62,000 nucleotides of DNA from Wallemia ichthyophaga EXF-994. Lineage: Eukaryota > Fungi > Basidiomycota. The notes beneath the pieces are model-generated. The model was not told where the DNA came from and did not search any database. It worked only from the letters and a program-made list of their open reading frames with translations. The stretch spans positions 82,001 to 144,000 of the forward strand of contig NW_008806277.1 of the NCBI RefSeq assembly GCF_000400465.1, written 5' to 3'. Positions 41,965-55,750 of this stretch are shown here, piece after piece. Position numbers and translations under genes: made by a program. Numbering within the stretch: position 1 is the first letter of the stretch; every line of letters starts with the position of its first letter.

Positions 41965-44362
41965 ATGAAATCAGACGACGAAAGTACTTTACACAGCGAG
42001 CGCCACAGCCATAATAATTCACTCAGTAATCTCAACATACGCTGTGGTGGCGATCACACTGGCGATTACGATAAGGCGACGAATTTGGAAATAAAAGGTC
42101 AGGAATTACAGCGGGAGCAACGTACTGATGATCGCGTCTCTGATAAAGGATCAGAAATTAATACCGATAAGCAGCAACAGCAGCGGCAGCACGATGCTTC
42201 TACATCTAATAGCACTCCTGAGCATACCAACAATGGAGAGAATGCAGTCGTTGAGAAGGAACAGCGCACTGATGGTCTCGATGATCAGACAAACTTAATG
42301 CCCCGGAAACAGATCATCGTCGTGTTCATGGGAGTCTCGAGCGCACTATTTATAAGTCTACTCGATCAGACGGTGATAAGCACAGCTTTACCTGATATTT
42401 CCAGCGAATTCCACGCTGCAGGGAAGGGTAATTGGTGCGTAGACCGCTAAGTATCAGCCCTTTGAAACTAAAAAAAATTATGACAGGGTTGCTACATCTT
42501 ACCTGCTCACAAGCACAGCGGTAATAACCTTCTGGTCACGTCTGAGTGATCTAATCGGCAGGAAGTTAGTACTACAAATCAACTTGATCATCTTTTTCAT
42601 AGGAAGTCTAGCATGTGCACTGTCCACTACAATTACAATGCTTATCGGCTTTCGCGCTTTGGCTGGACTAGGCGGCGGAGGAATACTGAACAACGTCATG
42701 GTCATTATCAGCGACATTGTATCATTGCGCGAAAGAGGAAAGGTTAGGTTGAGATGGAGTAAAATAAACCATACTAATCGTAAGCATAGTGGCAAGGACT
42801 TATTGGTGTGATTGTCGCGATAAGTAACAGTCTAGGTCCAATATTAGGGTGAGTTTTTGCCTACGTATGAAATAGACCATTTACACCGCTCTCGACTAGA
42901 GGTGTATTCACTGAAACTATTGGATGGCGCTGGATATTCTGGATCAACCTACCGCTCACAGGTGCTGCTATTTTGATCGTCCAGATATTCCTGCCTCAGA
43001 AACGTATCACATCCAACCCCCGCGAACAGATTAAACGGATAGACTATATTGGCACGATACTGGTACTTGCATCGACTACTCTGACGTTGCTGAGCTTGAA
43101 TTGGGGCGGAAATGAGTATGCATGGGACTCAGCTGTCGTCATTGCACTGCTTGTTGTTGGCGTAGTGCTCATGGTAGTCTTTGTGCTGGTAGAGGCTAGC
43201 AGCTTTATTAATCTACCCATTCTCCCAATGTATCTCTTCAACGATAGGTCCGTCTCAGCTAGCTTCTTCTGCACTTTCTTTAGCGGTACCATCTTCTACG
43301 GGGCTCTTTACTTCCTACCGCATTATTTACAAGTTGTTAAGGAATACAGTCCTTTGCGATCAGGAGTGGTGCTGCTGGGACTGATCCTTACCCAAAGTGG
43401 GTTGTTGATATGTCTCACTCAATAAACGCTAACAAGGCCAAAACAGCATTGTTTTCATTCACATCGGGAGTGATTGTGTCTAAAACTGGAGGTTATAGGG
43501 TGAACATATGGACTGGATTTCTAATGTGGACTATTGGACTCGGGTTATTCACAATGCTCAGCCCGTCAACAAGTATTGCAGAATTCGTTGGATTCTCAGT
43601 GATTTCAGGTGAGACATACCTTGCTTGTTGAGCGAAACTCAATGTGATAAAGGTTTTGGTGCGGGGAATACATTCCAGACGACGTTACTGAGGTTGGTAT
43701 ATTGCTTAATGAAAGACAAGCACACTCAAATTTCGTAGCGTACAGGCTGCTGTTAAAAGGCAAGAGATTGCAGTTGCGACGGGAGGTAAGTGAGACTTTT
43801 CCGAAACATAAATGTAATCAATCTCAAACTAACTGTATCATATACAGGTCGTAACTTTATACGGCTCCTTGGGGGTACGATTGGACTTGCACTGTGCGAT
43901 GTTATATTGAGGAACACGTTGATTACGGGATTACACAGTTTAGGGTCAAGTGTAAGTGAAATCAACGAAATCACGCAGGATCCTACGGCTATTCGGACCG
44001 TTGAAGGGATAGATACCGGGAAGGTGTTGGGGATTTACTGTGACGGAATTCGAAATATATTCATACTATTTACAGCTGCATCGGGTGAGTTATAAGATTA
44101 AGCGGTTTGCGTCGGGTAATCAGACCAATAATTACGAATTTGCAGGCGCGTCATTTGCATGCAGCCTTCTGATTCGTCAATGTAAGTCGCGTACCCATTC
44201 GGTTAAGATGAGATAATCAGATATGACGTAGATGCGTTGGACAAGCCAGATGACCAGATATTGAAGGAGGAGGGTAAGGAATGGAATGAGGAGCGTAAGA
44301 GGAAGAAGAGAATGAGGAAGGGAGGTGGTGTGGATAAGGTGGAGAATGAGGACAAAGTCTAA
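41965..44362 (+). CDS. MFS drug:H+ antiporter (DHA2, 14-TMS type), about nine introns
   Basis: ISLLDQTVISTALPDI, SRLSDLIGRK, GFRALAGLGGGG, GWRWIFWINLP, IDYIG, WGGNEYAWDS. Confidence 0.88.
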
Positions 44363-44620
44363 AAAAGCGTCGGCAATTATGTGGAGATAGAGTTGTCTCA
44401 AGAAACCGGCGCAGGAAAGGGAGAGAATTACATGGCTACAGGGAACAAGTATAGAATATATAGATGTACAAATGTGAAATTAATAATTATCGGCCAAAGT
44501 GTGATAATAAAAATCTAACGGATCAAATAAAATTCTCAGCTTGTAACTCGAAGTAAATTGGATTGTTTCTTATAGAAATACTTCCATTAACACACACTCG
44601 TTTATAAATTTAAAGTCTCA

Positions 44621-45788
44621 ATGAATATTACAAACCTTGTCAACAGTGAGGGCAATAGCCATATCACCAAGGTGCCAAACCAGAACAAGCCATTCCAATG
44701 CACCTATGGTACCTGCACCAAGTCATTTGCCAGGAGATCTGACTTGCAGAGGCATTTAAGAATTCACTTGAATGAGAGGTGTGTCCGGTGTTTCAGGGGA
44801 TTACATATGCTCATAAACACCTAATAGACCATTTGGCTGTCCTGTTGACGGTTGCGGCAAAACCTTCATTCAACGTTCCGCCCTTACTGTTCATATTAGA
44901 GTACACACTGGTGAACGCCCCCACACGTGCGAGGAATGCTCAAAGTCTTTCTCTGACTCGTCCTCACTTGCACGTCATAGAAGAATTCACACTGGAAAGA
45001 GGCCCTATAAGTGTCCTATTCAAGGCTGTAGCAAGTCCTTTTGCAGGAAAACCACTCTCACTAAGCATACGAAGCGTAATCACCAGTTACACCTTGAAGA
45101 TAGGTCTCCTTCACCTCAAGTTGACCAAGTTGAGAAAGTTGACAAGTTAGACCACCCACAGCAACCAGCTTTGACTATACCACACACACTCTCGAACATC
45201 CACAACGTACAGCCTACAGAGTGTGTCCCTATCACGCAACCATCCCTCTACTCGCTTTCAATGGACCATAAGCCCCAACCATACATGCACACTCCGATAC
45301 CGCAGCTCTCTTCTTATCAGGATGATTCACCATCCAACTCAACCGTCTTTTCTTCACCAGCTACTCCTTCGTATTCGCAATCGCAGCCAGATTTCTTATA
45401 TACTCAGCCACCACCGCCTCACGCGTTCAATTTCTATGAGTCTGCCTCTCCATTCGTTTACTTGAATACACAGCTACAAGCACAGGCCAAGCACACTCAG
45501 CCTACACACACTCACGCTCATTACACTATAAATCATCACTCACAGCTACTTACTCCGCCTCAGTCTGCTGATCCAAACCAATTCGGTCCTTTCGCTTACG
45601 GTCCACCTCCAATGTCTCCAGTTGGAGTTGAGGACGAATTTGGCACATACCCATTCGTACCACCATCACCACCTCTGACAGGCTACTCGTCCACTCATTT
45701 TGACGAAAACGCTTATCAAGATCCATACCCATCCCAACCACACGTATTGACTGGATTGGGGTTAGATTTGGTACAGGATACCGAGTAG
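44621..45788 (+). CDS. C2H2 zinc-finger transcription factor (4 fingers, low-complexity C-terminus)
   Basis: Intron 44779-44827. Fingers [80 protein letters not shown]. Confidence 0.92.
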
Positions 45789-46061
45789 ATGTGATCATAA
45801 CTCGTAACTAAACTCTAATTGGGATAATTAGAGTTGTCTCTCATTTCAAGTATCTCAACTTTATCAGTTACGACACTTTCTCAATTTTCATCCTCGTGAT
45901 ACTATCATTCTGTTTGATTTCCGTTCTATTCGTTTGATTCGTTTTTGCGCTTACTCATTACTTTTAATAATCACTTTATATCCTTCTATATACCCGCTTG
46001 GACTATTTAACATCATTTTCACATTCATGAGTGTCATTCATTCGATTAACAGGGAGGCGCG

Positions 46062-47112
46062 TTAGGATTTGTGTTTCTGTTTCTTGTTTTGCTTCTTTTT
46101 GTTAAGCTTATCTTGAGATTTCTGAAACTCTTCCTCCGTGGGTTCATGGACTTGTTCTTGGTCTTCTTCATGGTCCTCTTCCTCCTCCACTGCGCGCTTC
46201 TTTTTATTCTTGGGCTCCTCCTGCTTGTCCTTACCCTTTCCTTTCTTAGGAGGTGCGTATTTAGCTTCTAGCGCGCCGACGAGATTATCAAGTTGGCTCT
46301 TACGTTTATCACCGCGTTGGGCAATAAGCTGAGCGAGAGCGGAGTCACCCTCGTCGCCCTCCTCATCTTCCCCACTTTCCCCACTTTCCTCTTGGAAATC
46401 GCTGCCCAGACCTAGCTCGCGCCTTAGTTCTGCAGCCTGCTCGGCCTCAGACTGAGCCTTGCTAGCGCGACTCTTGCGCGCGACGGGTTTAGACGATCTA
46501 ACGAATTTCTTCGAGTGCGCAAGTCGGCCACCGTCTATTTCACGCTGCAGTATGTCGATGAAGCGCTGCTCATCGTCCAGCACGCTAGCGTGAGGGATAT
46601 TTGCAAAGATGGCGTCGAGATCGCCGTCGCATGTCTCATAAGCGTGTTTCAAGTCGTTCAGTTCATCCTGCGAGCCTGAGCGGGAGTGGGAGAAATTGTG
46701 TTTGTGTTAGCCCCAACTTCTGATACACCCTCTACCCACCTTGATACCGCTCTCGATCTTCCGCTAGAGCTTCCCACGTGACGCGCTCGAAGAGGTCATC
46801 GAAATAATCTTCCCAGCTGTAGTCCTCCCCGATATCCACACCGAGATCTATCGACGATGTTCGGCCAGTCTTGTCGTACTGCTCACGCTTCTTGTCGTCC
46901 GATAGCACTGTATATGCGAAGGACACACGCTGGAATTGCTCAGATGCATCCTGCGATGGATTCTTGTCCGGATGACTCTCAAGCGCTAGTCGGTGGTACG
47001 CCTTCTTTATCGTCGATGTAGTGGGTAAGTCTTCCTGCTGCAATTGTAGCACTGCGTATAGATTCGGTGGGTCGGCACCGAATATCGTGTGCATTGGATC
47101 GCTGCTGTTCAT
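46062..47112 (-). CDS. J-domain protein, DNAJC9-like
   Basis: HPD motif in [17 protein letters not shown]; [13 protein letters not shown]; YSWEDYF. Intron 46676-46739. C-terminal LEAKY and EPTEEEF motifs. Confidence 0.85.
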
Positions 47113-47254
47113 GTTAAGTGCTTCGTCGCGTGTCGCGTGTCGCGTGAACAAGAAGGAAGACGGAGTAATTAAAAAGTGAATTAGATACAATTTGCTTTCT
47201 ATTTGTATTCCTTACTATAAACTATATACCACATACCATAATTTATTCTACACA

Positions 47255-49149
47255 TTATACAGCACTCAACCACGCTTGTTCTGGCAGCACCTGTCTCATT
47301 ACATCCCAATGATGCATAGCTGATTTCTGCTGAACATTGTCGAGCTTCTTAGATTGGCCATCGTGCAAAACATCCTCATTGGAAGCCCCCACATAACCGG
47401 AAAGGTCGATTTCATTGCTAGTGAAACTGCTTAACACCCTAGTGCGCAGTATAGAGTTAAGCGTGTCGGCGCTAGTAGCTGGCCTGAAGTCCAAAGCTGG
47501 TTCAGCAAATTTAGTGCAGAAGACGACCATGTTGAGGAAAACCTCTTCCTCCTCCATCTTCTGGTTGACGGGGCGATCAGAGAAAGCGCGACACTGTGGG
47601 AAGGCGTGGAGGAGGGTGCCTATGACCATTCTTGTAGCTTGAGATGAAGCCACACCGGCAAAGTTGACGCCCAACACACCGCTCTCTTTCATTCCGTACT
47701 TGATTTGCTGCCATGACTCAGTCGTGTAAAGTCTTCCAGGCACACCTCCGCCTGTAAATACATCGTGGATCACATAGTCGAATTTGTCACTCTCACTGTC
47801 CATATCGACGATCCATTCTATCACTGCTCGACGCGCATCCGCCAACTTGAGGTGTTTGGGTGAAGGTGCTCCGAAATACTCCAAAGCATAATTGTAGACG
47901 GCTGGATCTATTTCTACAACTGAAAGTTCCAGGCCGTGCTTATCGAATGCAGTCGCTGAGACACCAATGCCTAATCCGATGATCAACGCTTTCTCCTGCT
48001 CGTTGAGCTGTTGGTGTTCCGGTCTATTAACAAGTCTGACTGCTTCTTGGAGAAGGAAAGTGGTGTAAATACTCTCGCTGTTGTTCACTACAACCTCATC
48101 ACTCAAGTCTACCTTGTTTCCGTATTGATTGATGAGTGACTCCTTTGATGGACCAACCCAGAGTCCACCAAGCAGGCTGTGATCAGCACGCATATACCTG
48201 AAACCTTGAGCTGCGTCTTCGCCGATGATTATCTGACCAGTAACTGACTGTGTGCGTGCGAGGATTGGATGGCCATCGACAGCCTCCCTTGGTGCAAAGT
48301 TTGAGATGGTGATAGCGAGCAGAATAACAGGGATAACAAGTAAGTTGCGTGATTTGGAGCTTGAGAAGATGCTTTCATTCTCAGCCTTACCAACGCCTAA
48401 AGAAATCAGGACAGAAATGAGTGCAGCTGGTAGAGAAACCAATTTGAGGAAGACAACGGGGTCTTGAGGCATGAGTGGAGAGAGGAAACCGCGTGTGAGC
48501 AATCTAGAGAAGCTAGTTTCAATGGAAGGGAACATAAATGAACCAATCAAAGGGAGAGCGTATTGGAATGAATCCGGACAGAGCTTTAGAAGATGTTCAT
48601 AGAGGTTGATAATGGCGAATATCCAGCTAGGGGCTTGGAGAATGGACCAGGCAATCCTAGGACCCCAAACGACACCCAATTGAGAAGACTTATTCGCAAT
48701 CAAGCGTATAGTGAATGGATTTGAAATAGCGCAGATGATTGCAACAGCGAATGGCTTCAAAGTCTTCCTAATCTTAATAGCTTTTTCGTTGTGCATTGCA
48801 AGTGGCAGAGGGAGTACAGATAACAAACCAGTGAGTACTTTATGCGGGGAATCAGTGTTTATACCGCCAAAGATGGGATTGAGGGATGATTTGATCAAAA
48901 AGGATTGGAATGATAATAAATAGGCTGTAATAGCGAATAAAGATGCTGTAATTGGGTTTGTTAGCGTATAACCACCTTACGTACGAATCCCCCACCAAGT
49001 TTGAACATTCTTACAAATGTGAACTGTTGTACGTAATCGATATTTCTAGCTTGATTCTCATTAGCCATGTGAAGCGCATCCATCAGTGTCGTTGGTTTTG
49101 CTGGCTGGGATGGCTGGGCCGGTTCAGATGCCTTCTTCTCTTGGGACAT
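47255..49149 (-). CDS. Membrane-anchored spermidine synthase-like SAM-dependent methyltransferase
   Basis: ALIIGLGIG, VVEIDPAV, DYVIHDVFTGG, multiple N-terminal TM segments. The 48961..49149 ORF is probably exon 1, joined by a 50-nt intron giving ..RMFKLASLFAITAYLL.. Confidence 0.8.
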
Positions 49150-49246
49150 GATGGGCGTGGGTGGATAAGGGGCAATACAAACGTAAAATGAGAAATTAAA
49201 TCAATTTTATTTGTTTGTAATCGTCGCTTTAAATACATCTTCTAAT

Positions 49247-50895
<1,649 letters not shown>

Positions 50896-50984
50896 TTTTA
50901 CTATTTTTCAAGTTGAAGACGAGAGAGAGACCAAGTGGATTGCTACTCGTCGCTTTCAAGAAAAAATTAATAAAATTTATAAAA
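50896..50984. promoter_or_regulatory. 89-bp AT-rich spacer between the ATP2 and RAC1 start codons (putative bidirectional promoter or overlapping 5' UTRs)
   Basis: ATGs at 50895 (-) and 50985 (+); contains aaaattaataaaatttataaaa. Confidence 0.5.
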
Positions 50985-51676
50985 ATGGCTTCCAAGAATA
51001 TTAAATGCGTAGTGTGAGTTTGTTTGTATTTAAATATAAGCAATAAGCTTATCCAATCTCAACAGCGTCGGCGATGGTGCTGTTGGAAAGACGTGTCTGC
51101 TGATATCTTATACGACGAATCAGTTTCCAGTGGGTTATTTATTGTGTCTGGCGGTTCCATTCACTTAATTGCCTTTAGAGCGATTACGTACCCACCGTCT
51201 TCGACAATTACCAAGCCACGGTCCTTCTCGACGGCAAGCCTGTCCTCCTTGGCCTCTGGGATACTGCCGGTCAGGAGGATTACGACAGGCTGAGGCCCCT
51301 TTCATACCCCCAGACGGACATATTCCTTTGCTGCTTCTCTATCCACTCTCCCGCCTCGTTCGAGAACGTCAAGTACAAGTGGTGGCCGGAAATCTCCCAC
51401 CACGCTCCAGGTGTCCCTATCATCCTCGTCGGCACGAAGCTCGACCTCCGATCCGACCCGCAAGCCGTCAATGCCCTTAGAGCCCGTAGAATGGAGCCCA
51501 TTTCCTTTTCTCAAGGCGTTGAGCTTTCTAAAGACATCAACGCAATCAAGTACCTCGAGTGTTCCGCACTCACCCAAAAAGGCTTGAAAGGCGTCTTCGA
51601 TGAGGCTATCCGTGCCGTTTTGGTGCCTCAGGGACGCAAATCAAAGCGGAAGCAAAGAGGTTGCGTTTTGATTTGA
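50985..51676 (+). CDS. RAC1: Rho-family GTPase Rac1
   Basis: Introns 51014-51065 and 51130-51178 give [64 protein letters not shown]; polybasic tail and CAAX CVLI. Confidence 0.93.
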
Positions 51677-51848
51677 TGTTATTCTCTAAACAATCTTGGA
51701 TGGGTTGTAAGCGAATGCTTCTCCACACCTTCTCCTCGTGCTAACGTATACCTCTCCTAAAAACACCGGCACAAGTCTCTTGTAATGTACATACATGAAT
51801 GAAATGAATGAATGAATATATGCATCGTCTTTCTCACTATCTTTTCTT

Positions 51849-53474
51849 TCACCTGTCCGGCGCCCCTATCCTTCCATGCTGCTGTTCCGACAGCAGGTAA
51901 GACTCGCACTGGCTTTGTGAGCCAAGGGGATATCTCAGCTGCCACAGGAGAACCAATTGATTGATAGCCTGCATCTGAGGACCAGGTTTGAGTTGCAAGA
52001 GGGTAAGGATGCGTTTACCGTCTACCAGAGGTCTCGACTCAAGTTCATGTGGGAGTTGAAGCATGTCGAGAGCAGCCTGCGTAAAAGAATTGTATGTGCC
52101 AACAATGCTGGTGATTTCCCCAGCCTTCAAAGCGTCGTCTGTGCAACCACCTGCGTAAAACGGCTCTGCGAGTTCCTTAGTGAGAGCGAAAAGTAGAGAA
52201 GCATTCCAATGTGTGCCTTGTACCGGACGATGAATGTGACCACTCCGTAAAGCACACGCGACAGCTACCCTGTCGCTTTTATCCACACTCCGCACATCTC
52301 TCTCCAGCTGCGCGCACGCCTGCACAAGATTATCCACATGACTTCTCTCCGCATTGCCCAGTTTGAGCCCATTGCTGATGATGGACGCGGGTGCACTCAC
52401 CTCCTTCTTCTTCTCGCGCACTGCCTTGCCGAAATAGGGAAGGAGCGCAACTGCCATCCATAGACGGCGGGTGAGTGTGGCATCGTGGAGCACTGCGCTG
52501 AACTGCTCACTCACCGCTGTGCTCAGCCCAAGTGTGTGCGGCGCGTGCAGCAGAAGGTGCAGGATGTGTCCGCCAGCCACCGCATATGAGGCTGATGAGG
52601 ATCGCAGTGACTGTATATTTTCTTCTCTACCTTGCCTAACATCCTCCACACCCACACTCCACCCAAACACCACGTCGTGCATCTGCGTATGTGCCAGGTT
52701 CTCCAGTGCGCTGAGTGGGCGGGATGAATTAAGCATTTTATCCACCTCGATACCGATGCGCTCGCGCGAGACATTCTCACATACGCCTTTTCGAATATCG
52801 CCGTGTCTAGCGGCGAGTATAATCTCCTGATCGAGAGCAAAGCCGTAACGAGTAGCGAATCGGATGCAACGAAGAACGCGAAGGGGGTCGTCAGCGAAAG
52901 TGGTAGCGGGGTGCAAAGGCGTGCGTACGAGACCTCTCTCTAGATCTTGCACACCACGCCCAGTGTAATCCTCCACTTGTCGCGTATGGATGTTGTAAAA
53001 CAGCGCATTGATCGTGATGTCACGTCGTAACGCATCTTCCTCCGCCGTCCCCAGGTTCATCTGAGGGATACGACTGCCCGTTGCGTACGTCTCTGAGCGT
53101 AGATTGACGAAATCTACCTCGTACCCCAGGAATTTCATCCTCGCTGTTTCGAGATGTTTGCTTTGGTCGGGGTTAGCGTTTATGCGTGCTATGGATATCT
53201 TGGTGGGTTTTTCGGGCGTGCCACTATCGCTGATATCGTGCACAGCGTGTGCTTCGATATACTTTGCCAACGCCTCAGCGAATGGTAGCCCATTCATTGG
53301 GGTTATGGCCACATCTATGTCGTCGGACGGCTTTCCAAGCAGCTTGTCACGCACCCACCCACCAGCTATACGCAGCTCTAGCTGACGCAGTGCACTATCC
53401 GACGTTCGCAACTCCGCCGTACACCCATTCAACACCTCACATAACCTCTGCTCACTCCTCGTCAAATCTATCAT
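51849..53474 (-). CDS. CCA1: CCA tRNA nucleotidyltransferase
   Basis: RIAGGWVRDKLLG, DDIDVA, RRDITINALFYN, DDPLRVLR, SRERIGIE. First in-frame ATG at 53474. Confidence 0.95.
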   Translation of the reverse strand: MIDLTRSEQRLCEVLNGCTAELRTSDSALRQLELRIAGGWVRDKLLGKPSDDIDVAITPMNGLPFAEALAKYIEAHAVHDISDSGTPEKPTKISIARINANPDQSKHLETARMKFLGYEVDFVNLRSETYATGSRIPQMNLGTAEEDALRRDITINALFYNIHTRQVEDYTGRGVQDLERGLVRTPLHPATTFADDPLRVLRCIRFATRYGFALDQEIILAARHGDIRKGVCENVSRERIGIEVDKMLNSSRPLSALENLAHTQMHDVVFGWSVGVEDVRQGREENIQSLRSSSASYAVAGGHILHLLLHAPHTLGLSTAVSEQFSAVLHDATLTRRLWMAVALLPYFGKAVREKKKEVSAPASIISNGLKLGNAERSHVDNLVQACAQLERDVRSVDKSDRVAVACALRSGHIHRPVQGTHWNASLLFALTKELAEPFYAGGCTDDALKAGEITSIVGTYNSFTQAALDMLQLPHELESRPLVDGKRILTLLQLKPGPQMQAINQLVLLWQLRYPLGSQSQCESYLLSEQQHGRIGAPDR

Positions 53475-53843
53475 TGTCTTTGGGTTGCTTGCAATTTTCG
53501 GATTTCTCGGTTTTAGCCGCCCTGCTGCCGTTCGAAGCCCGCGTATTATGATGGCGTGGTGGTATCGACTAGACACAAAACACAGGACAAGTAAAAACTA
53601 TCAAATGTATTGCTTGTAACAATTTGTATGCAGAAATATTAAAGTTTTCCGTATTATTGATTATTGATTATCGGCTGGGTATCTTGTATCTTGTATCTTG
53701 ACGTGGTGTAGAGTAGTCTAGAGTTGTTTCGAGGGGGCAAAAAAGGAACGACGAGGAGAACGAAACTTAGAACGAGATCAAAGGAGTGTGGAACGAGATT
53801 AACATTTAAAAGAGGAGCAAAACGTGATCATTTTCCATCTCTT

Positions 53844-55506
53844 TCAAGGTGTCCAAATCTACAAAAACATCGTTAGTAAACGCTTCAATAATCCACATTG
53901 TACGCTTCACCCACCTTAATAGTCCCATCTGAGCTAGCAGAAGCGATCACATTCAGTGGTCGTATCACAGTGTGTTCTTCTTTTTCTTCTTCTCGCTGGT
54001 GAACACTACGCAAGACATCGCCACTACTCATCGAACGCATGGTTGGGGGAGGATGAGGCATGCTGAACCTCCGATTAAGATTGTTGTTGTTGTTTTTACC
54101 CAAACCCATGCTCTTGCTCACTCCAACTTCAGGCATCGCTTGTCTCCCCCAACTGAGAGTGTTGACGAAATTCCTGTGTGCAGCTTCGATAGTCCGCGTG
54201 CACCGGCCCGTTGCGAGATCCCATATCTTGATTGACTTGTCTTCTGAGCAGGAGAGTAAATGGGTTCCAACTGGGTGGAACACTATGCTCTTCACCCAAT
54301 TGTCATGTCCATTGAAGGTATACACACATTGGAACGACGAAGTATCCCACAGTTTGACAGACTTATCACGCGATGCTGTGGCTAAGTATCTGTTGCGAGA
54401 TTGTGATTGCGATTGTGAGTGGGTCTTGTTATTAGGTATCCCATTGGTGCTCGCACTTCCACTAGCACGGTTATCCCGATTACTACCAGTACCACTTTCG
54501 CCTATCAATTGGTGGATATTAGCAATTGAGGTGGTTGGGGCCCAAGCGACAGACTCGACGACATGCTCATGGCCTCTCAATTCGCTCACAGTGGTGCCTG
54601 TAGCGGTATCGACAACCATTGCAGTCTGATCAGAGGAAGCGGTAGCGAGCAAGCTCGAGTCATCCGACGGGAGCACGACTCTGATCCAATCAGAGTGAGG
54701 GTGTATAGAGCGAGTGCAGTAACCTGTATGCACATCCCAGAAGCGGATTGATTCATCTCTTCCACACGAAATGAGCGTGTTGGTGTTGCTATCACTGAGG
54801 AAGCGCACGCAGCTCACACTCTCGTCGTGGCCGTAGAGTGTCTTGGTATTGGAGTACTCGCCTAGCGCATCCCATAGCTTGATGGAGGTGTCTGAGGAGC
54901 AGCTGGCGAGGAGTGTGCCGGTAGCGTCGTAGTCTACGTCAAGCACTGCCTTTGTGTGCCCTTTAAGCGTACGCTCACACTCTCCCACATCCCAGTCCCA
55001 GATCTTCACTGAACAATCGTCTGAAGCCGACGCTAAGAGGACGAACTTTGGGTGGAAAGAGAGAGCAACAACGGCAGATCTGTGGCCTGAGAGGGTGTGC
55101 TTGGGGAGTGAAGGGAGGAAGTGGGCCGTATTGTGCCTCTTTGTGGCCATTGCAGGGGTAGAAAGTTCGCTGGAAAGCTGGGAATTCTTGGATTCAAGTT
55201 CCATGACCTGTAGGGAGGGAGTGAGGGGAGTACACGCCGCTAATCACGCTCAGCGCACCTTCCTCTGCAATCTAATCACCGAAGTCCACTTTTTCTCCAA
55301 TAAACCGGCGTATTTTGCAGTGGGATCGAGCTTAATATCGTCCAAGCCAGCATCCAGCCTTAAAGCGCGTGCACTGTCTTCGTATCCGCAAGACTGGAGA
55401 TAGTCGAGTAGAGATTTGTGGCTAGATTATAGATGAGCGAGCGAAAAAAGATATGGGAGATAGCCACGCACAGCTCGTCCCTTTGCCGATCAGATAGGGG
55501 TGACAT
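53844..55506 (-). CDS. PAC1: Dynein regulator LIS1/Pac1/NudF
   Basis: Spliced LisH start MSPLSDRQRDELHKSLLDYL; WD40 repeats (LSGHRSAV, LKGHTKAV, LRGHEHVVE, GHDNWV). Terminal exon IWTP* with stop at 53844. Confidence 0.93.
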
Positions 55507-55750
55507 CTCTCGAAATAAAATATCAGTGATGGTTGTTATGGTTTAGAGCGCGTCATCGGTGTTGGAGAGGCGTGAAGGGGGAATTGGAGGAGAAGGAGGA
55601 GATGTAGAGATGAGCAATATACGCCGAGGAAAATAAGCAAGTCGATTGGTGGAAAATTGATTAAAATTTGCTTGGAATGTTTAAAGGTGATTTTTAGTCT
55701 GTGCACACTGATTAGCGTCTTGAGTCACGACGACGAAGAGAGAGGAATCG

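Noticed and set aside
41269-42450. 393-aa ORF bridging RPL19 and the MFS gene
   Set aside because: Off-frame over RPL19 and the spacer; only the part from ATG 41965 is the MFS exon 1. A chance open frame rather than a fusion.
48961-49149. 62-aa stand-alone small ORF
   Set aside because: Better explained as exon 1 of the spermidine synthase-like gene through a 50-nt intron.
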